Source of the DNA: Phyllobates terribilis
Lineage: Eukaryota
DNA length: 64,000 nucleotides
Direction of reading: 5' to 3'
NCBI RefSeq assembly: GCF_046119375.1
Contig: NW_027362771.1
Span: 256,184,001-256,248,000, forward strand
The translations under genes and the position numbers were made by a program. The notes beneath the pieces are model-generated. The model saw only the letters and a list, made by a program, of their open reading frames with translations, had not been told where the DNA came from and ran no database searches. Positions 22,372 through 35,370 of the stretch are shown in pieces (position 1 is the first letter of the stretch; each line of letters starts with the position of its first letter).

Positions 22372-23797
22372 ATGCCCATATTAGAGGTCAGTTAAGTGCC
22401 AGGGAGTGACAGATTCCCTTTAAGGGTTGGCCCAGGACCCTTTAGTTTCAGTGAAGAGAAATTTTAATGCTTCAGCATACCTAGACATTTTGGACGCTTA
22501 CATGCATCCAACTTTGTGGGATCAGGCTGGAGAAGAAACTTTTCTGCTCCAGCTTGACTGTGGCCCAGTGCACGAAGCAAGGTCCATAAAGGAACGGTTG
22601 GGTGAATTTGGAATAGGAGAACTTGAGTGATCTGTACAGAGCCTTGACCTCAACTCCATATGTACAGAGCCCTGACCTCAACTCCATAGAATTTTGGGGT
22701 CAACTAGAACAGAGATTGCAGAGCAGACTCTATCCTCCAACACCAGTGTCTAACCTTGTAAATGCTGTTCTGGATGAATGGATAAAGATTCCCACGGACA
22801 CATTCCAAAACCTAATAGAAAGTTTTCCCAGAAAAGTGGAAGCAGTTTTGTCTGCAATGCAGGGGCCAACTCAATATTAATGCCTATTGATTTAGAATGA
22901 GAAGTCATAAAAGCTTCTGTATGTGTAATGTGTAAGTTTTCTGATACTTTTGTCAATATAGTATGTATACATCCTTAGATTAACTTATGCACTTTACCCT
23001 GCATGTGATAAGGATATCTACAATACAATGACAGAAATCCATTTAATTCTTGACCCTGCGAGAGTAGACTTCTGGTTGACTCCTGTCACTACCTGGCTTG
23101 CTAGATACACATGCCACGCACTTGATGTGGAACCTCCCCTGACAGTCCATAGATTATATTTATTTATATGAAGAGAAGTCACACAGTGGTGTTGAGACCT
23201 GATCTGTGCAAATACAGAACAGAAGTATTTGACATCTTCATAGCCTGACTTTACAAGCTACAATCTTGCAATGTTGTGATCCTGTTATTAGAATGATTGG
23301 AAATGATTGGTATAAATGAATAAATCAATTTATTCATCGAACGGCTTTTTTTTTTTTCTTTGCAGAATTATAGTTTTATTGAGGATTTACCTACTCAAGC
23401 TGTAGTTAATGCTCCAGAGCTTCACTTTTGCATCGTAACTGGGAACAAGAAGTTATAATCATTATCAGTCATTTTTGAGATATGGAGCTGGGTCTCCTAG
23501 TCATCTAGATTTGTACAATTGTGCACAGATTATTCCATGCTTTCTCCCTTCTCTCTTTCTCGCTACATGTCCACAATCCTACTGATAACAACCTTGGAAT
23601 AGTATACAAGGAGCCACTAATACAATGTATCAACACCAAATGCCTAAACTGGAAGCATTATAAACTCTCACTCTTAAATTCAATATAAGTAATAATGTAG
23701 AATACAAATAACTGTTATAGAACTATGCTATTTTAAATGTATGCATGTATGTGTTGATATATATACATATACAATAAACCGATGTATGTATCAACAG

Positions 23798-23875
23798 GTG
23801 GCAGGACTTTTATCAGCTATAATAGTCATGATTGTCACTTTGGCTATTGGATTCCTCCTTGAACCACTGCAAAAG
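23798..23875 (+). CDS. slc26a3: SLC26A3-like exon 11 (78 bp): VAGLLSAIIVMIVTLAIGFLLEPLQK
   Basis: tcaacag|...|gtacag; frame continuous. Confidence 0.93.
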
Positions 23876-23965
23876 GTACAGTTATATCACAGCATTCCTT
23901 GATATAAAATAATCTCTATTAGTTAATGTATATGTAATTAACCACAAAATTTGCTTCTTTTATAG

Positions 23966-24061
23966 TCCGTTCTTTCAGCCCTAGTCATCATCAATCTGAA
24001 GGGCATGCTAATGCAGTTCAATGAAATCCCTAATTTGTTCCGGAAAGATAAATATGATTGT
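23966..24061 (+). CDS. slc26a3: SLC26A3-like exon 12 (96 bp): [32 protein letters not shown]
   Basis: ttttatag|...|gtaagt; NLKGM motif. Confidence 0.93.
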
Positions 24062-26229
24062 GTAAGTAGTACTTCTTCACATGAATTAGTCTTGTCCAAA
24101 AATTATTATTTTTTTTTTTTAAAAAAGGTGGCGGATGTATGTATTCTAGCTGTGGTTTTCATGGATAAATTTGTACCATTAGAGTTTATGGAGCTGTTCA
24201 CATGTCCATATTTTTCTGTGGACCATGGCCACAAAAAAAAATCACAGAGATATGTCCGTTTTTTATCAGCATCCCAGACCAGAATGGGTAGCCATATAAG
24301 TCTATGGGTCTGAGCAAATCATGGACAGCACATAGACATTTGTGTGCCATACGTGTGTCGTCCATGATTAACCTATTCACAACCACCTGGATTTTTTCCT
24401 GCTTTCCAGTGCATCACATGATAAAATAAATGGTGTCATTCAAAAGAACTACTCGTATCACAAAAAGCAAACCCTCATACGGCTATGGGGACAGAAAAAT
24501 GAAAAACTTATGGCTCTTGTAATAAGGGGAGAAGAAAAGTAAAGAGCAAAAACGTAAAATCGCAAGATCATGAAGGGGTTAAAATTGCAATATATAGTAG
24601 AAGCTTTGTAATTTATTTTTTAAAGACTGACACTGACCAAATACTGATGAAACCCGGATGAAAAACACTGATGAAACTTGGACCGTTTATGCATATTTTA
24701 TGTTTTGTCCCCTGTTATGTACAGTGAATTTTGGAAATTAACGTAGTAGATATATCAATTACCAGATCTTTGAAGGATGTTAGAAATGTCCCACTCATAG
24801 CAAGATCAGTTATAGTAAGGAACTGCTTGCCCAGAAAAGTTAACTTTCAGACCCTTTTAATACTTGTAAGGAAAATCTATGATACTGACCAGTTGAAGAC
24901 TATTATCGCAAGTCATTATAAGAAAGAAGCCACTACAGCAAGTTTAGTTAGTTTCCCTTCTTAAAAAAAATATAGTACATCATAGCTGCATATAAAATTA
25001 TATTGGTTATTATTAATATGTCCTCATAACATAATAGTACAATGTCCAAGGACCAGAGCCAATAATTAATGAAAGCTGATAGACTATTACTTCAGAGCTC
25101 TTTAAAGAGCTGCCAAAAAAGAAAAGAGGGTTTTAAACAATGACAAGACGCAGGTTGTTTTCTTAATACGATTGCTTCTTTAGGTCCAAAGTTTTACCAT
25201 GAGTATAGTAATAAAATGGGAGTCCATAGAGTTTTCAACTCAGTAAATTGCCTTCTCCAAGTAATTTAGATAACAGTATCTAAAACATTTAAAGAAACAT
25301 AACCATTATTTGTTTTGCAAAATACTGCTCGGATTGCAATTCCAGTTTAAGTATTAAGGTAGATTATGTGTTTTCAACCATATAATATAGATTACAGCGC
25401 CATCAAATAAAAAACTGTGCTTGCATCTACAGATAGTCAGCAGGCCAAAAGTATATCTACTAAATAGGTGTCATAATGCATTTTGAATTTACAGACAAAA
25501 GACTATAATAATTTTATATAGCGCTAATATATTCCGCAAGGTTTATATATCTGGAAAAGTAATAAACAAGTAAAATGGCAAGTAATGAAAACAGTTATAC
25601 AAAGAGGACGACACTCATGTCCATAAGAGATTATAATCTAAATCTGAAGGGATCAGTTGCTTGTGTTGGTAGTGTAAAGACATGGCTGTAATGGTGTTAT
25701 AACTGATTACATTTATACCTTTGATGAAGAAATACACTTTGTTGTTCTTCTGTAATCAGCATTTGATTCCCCGACCCCTCTGTCTTACTCCAGTGTAACA
25801 GGTCAATGCTGAGACGACAAACAGAGGAGGCTGGTCTCATTCAAAGACTGGAGGCAGGCGGAGGGGCCAGGGAATCATAGACAGGGACGAGAAGACCCCG
25901 TGCACAGTCTGGCCCCTGTGCACCAAAATCTAATTACCAGAAAACTTCAAATGGTGATTAAAGAAGAACAACAAAGCAATCAATGTAATCAGTATTACAG
26001 CGCCATTTTATCAATGTCCTTACTTTTACATTACGAAATCACGCTGACAAGCTCTCTTTAAGATGATATATTCTTTGATTCATAACAGTTCTCATACATG
26101 TGTCTATTCCTGTTGAGTAATGAGATTTATAAAAATAATCACTGAGATCTACCAGTAATCTACTTTTATTAACCTGCCACTTCATACATTAGTGACCTCC
26201 TGTATATGGGTTATCATTGTTCTTTGCAG

Positions 26230-26336
26230 TTGGTATGGGTGGTGACCTTTCTTGCTGCTGTCTTACTTGGCCTTGATCTTGGCCTGGCAGCAGGCGTAGG
26301 ATTCGAGCTGCTGACAGTGGTATTTCGTGCCCAATT
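26230..26336 (+). CDS. slc26a3: SLC26A3-like exon 13 (107 bp): [36 protein letters not shown]
   Basis: ctttgcag|...|gtaagt; GLDLGL motif. Confidence 0.93.
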
Positions 26337-26834
26337 GTAAGTACAGTAATACATTACACTATAAGTCATTTGTATCTATTACCTAATACAAGAGGAAAGT
26401 AGACAAGACAGAGCAGCTCCAGGCGCTGATGCTAAATGGCAGATGGGGGATTTATAACAGCTATTAAAAAAGGGACGGATGCTATCCTCAGCACAAATGG
26501 CATAGTGGGTCATATATAAATAAGTGACAAAGAATGTATAATTGGTGGAGAAGGGTTGAACTTGATGGACCTAGGTCTTTCTTCGACCTATGTAACTATG
26601 ATTGTTTGAATGATACACGTACCATAGTTTATTTTAGTGAAAACTTTGCCTAAATCTTTACAAGCTTTGGAGCGTGATGTTGCATGGAAGGAGAATCTTG
26701 GTAGCAATAGGCTATGATAGTTTGGACTGTTCAATATTATTTTTACATATATACATGTTATATACATGTTTTAGGCTATATAAAAGTAATCTAAATACAG
26801 CAAAACTCTTTTAATTTCTTTGTGTTTTTTTCAG

Positions 26835-26904
26835 CCCAAAATGTTCTCAGGTGGTAAATATTGGAGGAACGGACATTTACAGGAACAGAAAAGACTATAA
26901 AAAT
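26835..26904 (+). CDS. slc26a3: SLC26A3-like exon 14 (70 bp): PKCSQVVNIGGTDIYRNRKDYKN
   Basis: tttttcag|...|gtaagc; start of the STAS domain. Confidence 0.92.
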
Positions 26905-27605
26905 GTAAGCTGCAAACACAATTAAAGCTGAACTAGCAGTCAGAGTTTAACAACATTTTCAATCCGTATTTTATGTCCCATTATCAGGGCCTTATAGAGA
27001 TTGTCCTACAATCACAGCTTATCTCCTATCCACAGGAAAGGAAATGAGTGTCTGATGGATCGGAGTCACACCTCAGGGATTGCCACTGATCACAACAGCA
27101 CAGCTTAGCTATCACTGACCGTCCCATTGACAATGCGTGGAAAGGCGATGTGCATGTACACACGCATCGCCCTTCTAAAATGGTACACAGGAGTCCCATT
27201 TTCCTGATAAGGGAGGATCCTAGAGGTGGAACCCCAGTGATCAGACACTTATTATGACCTATCCTGTAGATGATAAGTTGTGATTTGTGATTAGGAGACA
27301 CATCCATGTGTCATAGGTCAAGTAAGGACCGTGATGGACGGACTGGCAGCGGGTCTCTTGATCCTCATATATGCCTATGAAGCTGTCACGTCCGCTCCAG
27401 GAAACCTGAGGCCAATTTGTGCATCATGGTCCGCACACATAGATGTAGGTGAATGTGGCATAAGGCCCTTTTTGTACTGTGGGCACCTGTACAAAGAGCC
27501 CATTAGAACTGTTGGTAGCTTTTCCCATGAGTTTTGCATTTCTTTCCGACAATTGAAAATGTCAGTCTTGTGTTATCACTGAACTCTCATGCTTGTCTTT
27601 TACAG

Positions 27606-27698
27606 ATCTATCAGCATCATGGAATCAAAATTTTCAGATGCCCATCGCCAATATTTTTTGCCAATATTGATTTTTTTAAAGATAAACTTATTACAGCC
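27606..27698 (+). CDS. slc26a3: SLC26A3-like exon 15 (93 bp): [31 protein letters not shown]
   Basis: ttttacag|...|gtaagt; [13 protein letters not shown] is typical of SLC26A3. Confidence 0.95.
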
Positions 27699-27782
27699 GT
27701 AAGTCCAGAATAAATTACATTTATGGTTTCAATGTCATTGTAAGAAAACATAGTAACATTGCAACATGACTATCCATTATAG

Positions 27783-27878
27783 GCAGATTTTAACCCCCTG
27801 AGAGTGCTGCGCAAACGCAACAAAGCTCTAAGAAAAATAAAGAAGCTGATAAGTAAAGGGGAACTCCAGATCCTGCGA
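27783..27878 (+). CDS. slc26a3: SLC26A3-like exon 16 (96 bp): ADFNPLRVLRKRNKALRKIKKLISKGELQILR
   Basis: cattatag|...|gtaagt; LRKRNKALRKI is closer to SLC26A3 than to SLC26A4. Confidence 0.92.
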
Positions 27879-28249
27879 GTAAGTCTTAAGGAGCAATTCC
27901 GTATACAAATTATTTATTTAGCATCACTAACATCATTTTAGTATAAATCAAGATAAAAATTGCCTGGCTTTAATCCAGCAAGCCAACGCATTGCCAAGTG
28001 TTTGATGAAGGCCAGGCCAGGCATTTTTTTTCCTTTTCTTTTTGCACAGAAGGAACAGTCTAGGTCCTTCTGCTAATGGCTGTAGGCACATAATGCTGTA
28101 TATTTTCATTGAATAAAATAGCATTTACATTTTCCTATGGTAAAATCAAGAGGTCCATCACAAACAAACTTTTTTTTTCTTCAACACAAAATTCCCTATA
28201 ATCCGGACAATTACCCTATAAGTGTATGCTTATTTTTATGCATTTGCTG

Positions 28250-28520
28250 GAAATAATAATAATAATCGTTTTATTTACATAGCGCCAACATATTCCGCAG
28301 CGCTTTACAATTCAGACAATTTACAGACATTATGGGCACTGTCCCCACTGGGGCTCACAGTCTACAGTCCCTATCAGTATGTCTTTGGAGTGTGGGAGGA
28401 AACCCATGCAAACACGAGGAGAACATACAAACCCCTTGCAGATATTGTCCTTGGTGGGATTTGCACCCAGGACCCCAGTGCTGCAAAGCAACAGTGCTGA
28501 CCACTGAGTCACTGTGCAAA
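28250..28520 (-). mobile_element. V-SINE (same family as 13826-14095)
   Basis: Reverse complement shows the tRNA-like head, V-domain and L2-like tail. Confidence 0.8.
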
Positions 28521-28701
28521 TGACTGAAAGATCTACTTAGAAGGGTGATCAGCATACTTTAGGCATGTATTGTACATTACATTTTCAAACACAGTTATAT
28601 AAGTATAAATATCATCATATTGGGAAGAAATAAATTCAGTAGTTTTGATTACTTCACCTTTTTTGGTATTTTAGTTAATTGGATTTCACTTTGTATTGTA
28701 G

Positions 28702-28935
28702 AAAGGTGTCATTTCAACATCAGGAAACCAGTATGAGTCTGAAGAAGAACTAGACAATAACAGGATTGAAGAGCTGGACCAACCAATTAACACCTCGGAC
28801 CTTCCATTTGTTATAGACTGGAATTCTGATCTTCCAGACCATTTGAGGGTTCCCAAAATTGATATCCATAGTTTAATCATTGACTTTGGAGCAGTGTCAT
28901 TTCTTGATATGTCTGGAATGAAGGGTCTAAAATCG
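28702..28935 (+). CDS. slc26a3: SLC26A3-like exon 17 (234 bp): [45 protein letters not shown]...[23 protein letters not shown]
   Basis: attgtag|...|gtatgt; STAS IVS and the DFxAVSFLD motif. Confidence 0.95.
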
Positions 28936-29127
28936 GTATGTTATACATATTTGCTTATTACCCTGAAACTTACACTTATTATTGTTCCAATCTAGTGTTG
29001 TAGAGATGTATACTGTCCATGCAAGAACAATTAGCAAAGATGAGCAGGCATAAATACTTCTATTCATATACTAGAGGATAAAGAATACCTTATTTACATT
29101 TAAAAAAAAAAAATTTTTTCTTTTTAG

Positions 29128-29182
29128 ATAATGAAAGACTTTCTTAAGGTTGATGTGGATGTCTATATTGCTGCAATAGACA
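29128..29182 (+). CDS. slc26a3: SLC26A3-like exon 18 (55 bp): IMKDFLKVDVDVYIAAID
   Basis: tttttag|...|gtaagt; size and phase match. Confidence 0.9.
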
Positions 29183-30615
29183 GTAAGTGATATTTTTTGA
29201 ATATTTCATAATTAAGGGAAAAAAAAGGAATAGGGAAACTATGAATATGTTTGGCAGCAGTTTCAAGAAAATGGAGAGGATAGGTAGGCTTCAAACCGAT
29301 TGACTTTGTGCCACTAGTTGTGTTTTTAAATCTGGCTTTATAATTAGAGATGAACTGATCGATCCGCAAAAAGTTGAGTTTGAGTCGAATTTCCTGAAAA
29401 TTGCAGTTCCATGTAAATTTGAACACTTTGAGATTCGATTCATGATTTCCAAAAGATAAAACTTGCTTCTCCAGTATAGGAAATGGTGCCAGGCATTAGG
29501 GAGCTGGCTAATGTCGCTTTGAGCAGCCAAGCGGGCTCCCAATAATGCCCAGCAGCTATGACTTCACATCCTAGTTTTCTCATAACTTGTAAAGTGATGG
29601 TCAGTACTCAACTGGATCATCATTTAATTTATAGAGCCTGATTCAATAAGACTGTCGTTGTTCTCGTGAGACTTAATGAAGAAGCGTGTTAGAGTAGGAT
29701 GCGCCGAATACATTAAGAGGCACATGCCACTTAATGAATTTGGTACATCTTTTCAGTTAAGTGTGCCTTGCCAGAATTTTTACTCCAGTCAGGGTAAAAC
29801 AGGGACTGAAATAACATTTCTGGGATGAATTACACGACTAAAATGTGTAACTTTTATGAATTGCAAGGTCGGGCACCACTACACCCTGTCCCATCCATGC
29901 TTTGCATTTTGGCAGTGCTTGCCAGGACTGGCATTAAAATATCAAAAGTCAAATATCTAATGTATACAGCCATAACACTAGTTTGATTAGTAAAATTGAT
30001 CTGACAGACTCCCTGTAAAGGCAGAGCTATGTCTATGCGCCTGTATTTTGACAGAAGTAGGTCTCTGAGATACACAGTTGCCACTGTTTGGTAATTCAGG
30101 TTGCACCATATTAATAGGTTATTCCCCTGTAGAAACAATCATAGAACAGACAATGATTTTTTCGTGATTGATTCATACTGATTACAGCAGGTAAAAAAAG
30201 CACTGTATGTTTCCATATGAAAATTGAGGTATATAGGGGTACAATCAAAGACATGTAGATAGCTTATAGAAGCAATAGGTCGCATATTACAGCTCCGTCC
30301 AGTCAGCAGTTTTAACTGGCTGAATAGAATTTTTAAAAAACTTGACATACTAAGGACAACCCTGGGACTTATAATTAATATATTTCATCATCATATAATT
30401 TTATAATAATATAACACGCCTCGGAATGTTTTAAAGTCTTAAATTGTAAGATTAAAGCCAAACCCGTACAATGGCCCCAAACACCAAAGAACTGAGCCAA
30501 AATGGCCAGTTTTGAGCACAATTTGTTGTCTTTTTGGCTTGGAATTGTCCAATCAAAATTGACTGTTGCACATGAAAATATTTGATAAATGTTTTTACAA
30601 TATTTCTGTTTTCAG

Positions 30616-30761
30616 GTAATGTATTGGAAAAACTTGTAAAATGTGGCTTTTTTGATGATGATATTACAACCTCAATAATTTTCCTGACCATCCATGACGC
30701 AGTCTTACATGTGCTAGAAAAAAAGAGTCTTGGCAGTTTGGCTAAATTTATAGAGGTTCAG
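30616..30761 (+). CDS. slc26a3: SLC26A3-like exon 19 (146 bp): SNVLEKLVKCGFFDDDITTSIIFLTIHDAVLHVLEKKSLGSLAKFIEVQ
   Basis: ttttcag|...|gtaatt; FLTIHDAVL motif. Confidence 0.92.
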
Positions 30762-31028
30762 GTAATTACCTTTTTTATGCAGTTTCATAATGTCAGTTAT
30801 TGCAAATCTATGTGATGTAAGTTTGTAAATATACCATTTATTTGATTAGAATAACCTGAAAACTCTAAGGCTGAGTTCACAAGAGTGGTAGTATGCTGTG
30901 CATGTATTAAGGCGGTTTCATAGTGCATTTACTGGTCCTGTAATTTTTACAGGTGAGAATTTTGAGAAATAATTTTTTCAACATATTTTACCTGTAAAAT
31001 CTACGCAGACAATATCAACTCAGCTTAA

Positions 31029-31335
31029 AGAGGTTGCCCACTACTTTTACATTGATGATCTATCCTGGTCATCATTGTCTGATCAGCCGGGGTCCAACAC
31101 CTGCCACCCCTGCCAATCAGCTGATATCGGTGTCGGCCGCTGGCAGGAAGTACTCACTTGCTGAGCTGCTCCATCTACTTGTAGTGGCCACCGCAGGGTG
31201 GTCTCCTGCTGGCGGCCGCCGCCGACATTGATAACAGCTGATCGTGAGGGCGCCAGGTGTCAGACCCCGGCCGATCAGACATTGATGACCTATTCTAATG
31301 ATAGGTCATCAATGTAAAAGTAGTGGACAACCTCT
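31029..31335. mobile_element. Complete palindromic Kolobok/T2-type MITE
   Basis: TTAA at 31025-31028 and 31336-31339. TIR AGAGGTTG(C/T)CCACTACTTTTACATTGATGA. Confidence 0.8.
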
Positions 31336-32099
31336 TTAAAGAGTAATTATCACCAGCCGGGGGCTGCCCTTATTATTTTATTTTTAAAAAAGTGAGCTGT
31401 CTCTAACGGGTGATTTTTCTAAATATTATTTACTAACAAAAGTGGCCAGAAGTATCCCTAATGCCCTTCTAAAAGACCTGACTTCCTAACAAAAGTCGAA
31501 TCCGGACTTCCAGGCTTTTGGATCCAATGCCCTACTAGTTGTGAAAGCGCGAGATGTTATTGTTATATCTGTCGCTTTACACTAAACCAGCCCAGCCATA
31601 TTCTTTTCGAATTGGTTACCAATTGGTACCCACTGTAATAATGTTACCATCCGTTAACTGCTTAGCAATGGATGTGGCAGTGTTCGGTTAGTGCAAAGAG
31701 GGAGATTTAGCGATAACAAGCAGAAACTCGTATTTTCATAGCAAGGAGGTCCCCAGAGGGTTGTGGGATCCAACTCAGCATGTTGGAATCCCACAACCTG
31801 TGAGTTCAGAAATTTGGGGTTTTAGCAACACTTCTGACCACTTTTGTACATAAGGGCTCATTTAGATGTCAGTGATTTGTGTATGTATGCCAAAACCAGG
31901 AGTGGAACATACAGAGAAAAACTATAATTGAAAGATTGACACCTGTTCTGTGTTTTGGAGACCCTTCTGGTTTTGGCTTATAAACAATGATGAAAAATCA
32001 CTGACGTATGTATGAGCCCTAAGGGTTATTTAGAAAAATACCCAGTTTGAGTCTGCACACTCTTTTCTTACATCCCACACCCGGCAGGTGATGGCCCGC

Positions 32100-34560
32100 A
32101 ATTGTTAACCTGTTAAATGCCTCTGCCAATCTCTGACAGTGGAATTTATGCAAGCTGGCATGCATGCACATCCTTATTTCCGCCCATTGGCGCGCCCGTG
32201 ACAAGGTTGCGGGTCACCGATGGGTTGCCATGACAGCTGAGGGTCAACTGATGACCACCGTGCGTGTCATTATGGAGCTTCCTTGAATCCCAACCTGTGG
32301 CATCGCTGTATATAGCACATGCGATTGGACAATTGAATCTTCAAGCCCCGTAAGGGGGTAACAAGAACAGTGAAAAGTAAAAAAAAATGTTTTAAAAAAT
32401 ATATGAAAAAAAAACATAAAAAGTTCCAATAACCCCTCTTTTCCCCCATTGAAAATAAAGATATTAGTTTTTTTTTAAATACATATATGTGGTATCACCA
32501 AAAAATGAAAATGTTACGGATCTCGGAAAATGGCGAAACAACGAACTGTTTTCACCTTCATGACTAGGCCAAATTTTACAATTCTGACCAGTGTCAATTT
32601 ATGTGGTAATAACTCTAGAACACTTCAACGGATCCCAGTGATTCTGAGACTGTTCTTTAGTGATGCATTGTACTTCATGATAGTGGTAAAATTAGTTCGA
32701 CATGACTTGCGCTCTCTTGTGAAAATATCGGAAATTTGGTGAAAATTTCACAATTTTCAAACTTTTAATTCTTATGCCCTTAAACCAGAGAGGTATGTCA
32801 CACAAAATAGTTAATAAACAACATTTCCCATATGTGTACTGTACATCTGCATCGTTTTTTAAAAATATTTTTTTTGTTAGGAAGTTAAAAGTTTATCAGC
32901 AGTTTCTCATTTTTTCCAACAAAATTTATAAAACAATTTTTTTAGGGACCACATCACATTTGAGGTAACTTAGGGGGCCTATATTACAGAAAATACCCAA
33001 AAGTGACACCATTCTAAAAACTGCACCCCTCAAAGTCCTCAAAACCACATTCAAGAAGTTTATTAACACTTCAGACTATTCACATGAATTAAAGGAATGT
33101 AGAAAGAAAAAATGAACATTTTCCTTTTTTTCATAAAAATGTTACTTTAGCCCCATATTTTTATTTTCACAAGGGTAACAGGAGAAAATGGAATACACAA
33201 TTTGTTGTGCTATTTGTCCTGAGTACACCAATACCTTATCTGTGGCAGGAAACTACTGTTTGGGCACACAGCAGGGCTCGGAAGGAAAAGAACACAGTTT
33301 GACTTTTTGAATGCAAAATTAGTTAGAGTAGATAGTGGACGCCATGTCGCATTTGGCGAGTCCCTGATGTACCTAAATATTAGACGCCTCAAGGAATTTA
33401 TCTAAATTTGTAGTGAGTATCTTAAACCCAAAGGTGCTTCACAGAATTTTATAACATTGAGCAGTGAAAATGAAAAAAATAATTTTTCCCCAAAAATGTT
33501 ACTTCAGCCCCAAATTTTGAATTTTCACCAAGGTAACAGGATAAAAAGGTCCATACAATTTGTTGTGCAATTTGTCCTGAGTATGCCGATACCCATATGT
33601 GAGGAAAAACTACTGTTTGGGTGCACGGCAGGGCTTGGAAGGGAAAGAGAGCCATTTGACTTTTGAAGTGCAAAATTGTCTGGAATAGATAGCGGGTACC
33701 ATGTTGCATTTGCAGAACTGTTGATGTGCCTAAACAGTGGAAAGCCCCCACAAGTGACCCCATTTTTGAACCTACATCCCTCAAACAACTTATTAAGAGG
33801 TGTAGTGAGTACCTTGAACCCACAGGTGCCTAAATAGTAAAAACCACCAGCTCTGCAAGGGCAACAAGGAGTCCACTATCTATTCCAGACAATTTTGCAC
33901 TCCAAAAGTCAAAAACTGCTCCTTCCATTCCGAGCGCTGCTATGCACACAGACAGTAGTTTCCCCCCACGTATGGGGTATCGGCGTACTCAGGACAAATC
34001 GCACAACAAATTGTATGGACCATTTTCTCCTGTTACCCTGGTGAAAATTAAAAATTTGGGGCTGAAGGGACATTTTTGGTGAAAATGTATTTTTTCATTT
34101 TCACGGCTCAAAGTTATAAAATTCTGTGAAGCGCCTTTTGGGTTGAAGCAACTCACTACACATCTAGATAAAGTCCTTGAAGGGTCTAGTTTCCAAAAGT
34201 TTTGATCGCTCTTGATCCCGGCATCTGGAGGGTTAATGATCCAGGGGTGGTGCTGGCTGTTACTGCAGGACTTTGACTGTTAGCTGTACCAAGCTGCTGT
34301 GGTGATCATGCGAGAAGTGCTGATGTTTGAGCAACGCTCTGCACGATCATGCTGTGGTCGGTTAGTAAGATTGACTGACCGATGATAGCAATCTGAGTGT
34401 GGGCACCGCTGACATGGGTCCCCGTACCTCTTCCCGTGCCGCTCAGCTGTCAGCATTTACACGTAGTGACAGTTTTAAATCATGATGGACATAGCATGTC
34501 TTGATGCGGTAAGTGACACCTGCTGATGACGTGCTATGTCCGTCATTAGTCCTAAAGGGG
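32100..34560. mobile_element. Non-autonomous TTAA-target (piggyBac-like) element with internal tandem and inverted repeats; left boundary uncertain
   Basis: Ends ...CCTAAAGGGG-TTAA. Shares blocks with 35371-37174. Confidence 0.5.
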
Positions 34561-35042
34561 TTAAGCATATAGGTGGTTCTGTCCAAGAGTTCACATTGAT
34601 ATTGGTCTGTTTGTTTCTGAAAATGGTTACAAATGATTGAACCATGATTATCAAAAAAATGTAGATTTTGCACTGAATCGGGAATCTACTGTATGTCACC
34701 TGATCTTAGTATAGAGTGGGTATTAGTTGTGATAGACAATAGTTTATAAAGAGGACTTGAAGCCTGACTGTGAAGCCAAGTCAGCGCAGAATAAATGAGT
34801 TACCCTGTACAGGAAATATATTATCAATTTCGGTAATTTTTTCAATTTTGGTGATGGTCCTACAATGTGCAGTTATTAGGGTTGGCATGAGCTAGGAAAG
34901 TGAATTGCAATTTATTCTCTTTTCCAAAATATTAATTACATGCCATTTTAATGCATCAGGCAATGCACGAACTGACCTTTTACATTTTTCGCTGCTCATT
35001 ATTATGTCACATGATTTGTAAAATAGTATTTTTACTTACAAG

Positions 35043-35117
35043 GAGGAAGTTAAAGAGACAAAATTTGATGCAGAAGAACATTTAAAAAGACCAGCAGTAA
35101 TGAATAATGACTATACT
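35043..35117 (+). CDS. slc26a3: Probable SLC26A3-like exon 20 (75 bp): EEVKETKFDAEEHLKRPAVMNNDYT
   Basis: tttacttacaag|...|gtgagt; phase 0 and open; purine-rich island in AT-rich intron; sequence poorly conserved. Confidence 0.65.
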
Positions 35118-35370
35118 GTGAGTATATTTCTTTAAAGTATTGTTCATATATTAATTTACTGTAAGGGCGGACCAGATTGGCCTATATCCTCAGGACCATG
35201 TTTGTATGAAAACAATGTACGTAAGGAATAAATATCAATAAAAGTACACATGTGGCAGATTAACTGCAGAAATTAAGGTTGTGTCTGTGCAAGCAGATGA
35301 ATGAGACAGTCATAGAAACTTCTGAAACAAATGCGTCACATGTGAATATAGTTTAAAAAAGCACTATTAA

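Larger units (their letters stand above)
19305..22419. mobile_element. Kolobok/T2-type MITE interrupted by L2
   Basis: TTAA TSD at 19301-19304 and 22420-22423. TIR AGGGAATTTGTCAC / GTGACAGATTCCCT. Confidence 0.75.
18280..22970 (+). mobile_element. Decayed Tc1 transposon hosting nested insertions (boundaries approximate)
   Basis: GGGIMLWGCF at ~19270-19300 continues at 22424 into ...NASAYLDIL...QSPDLNSIE..W...GPTQY. Confidence 0.7.
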
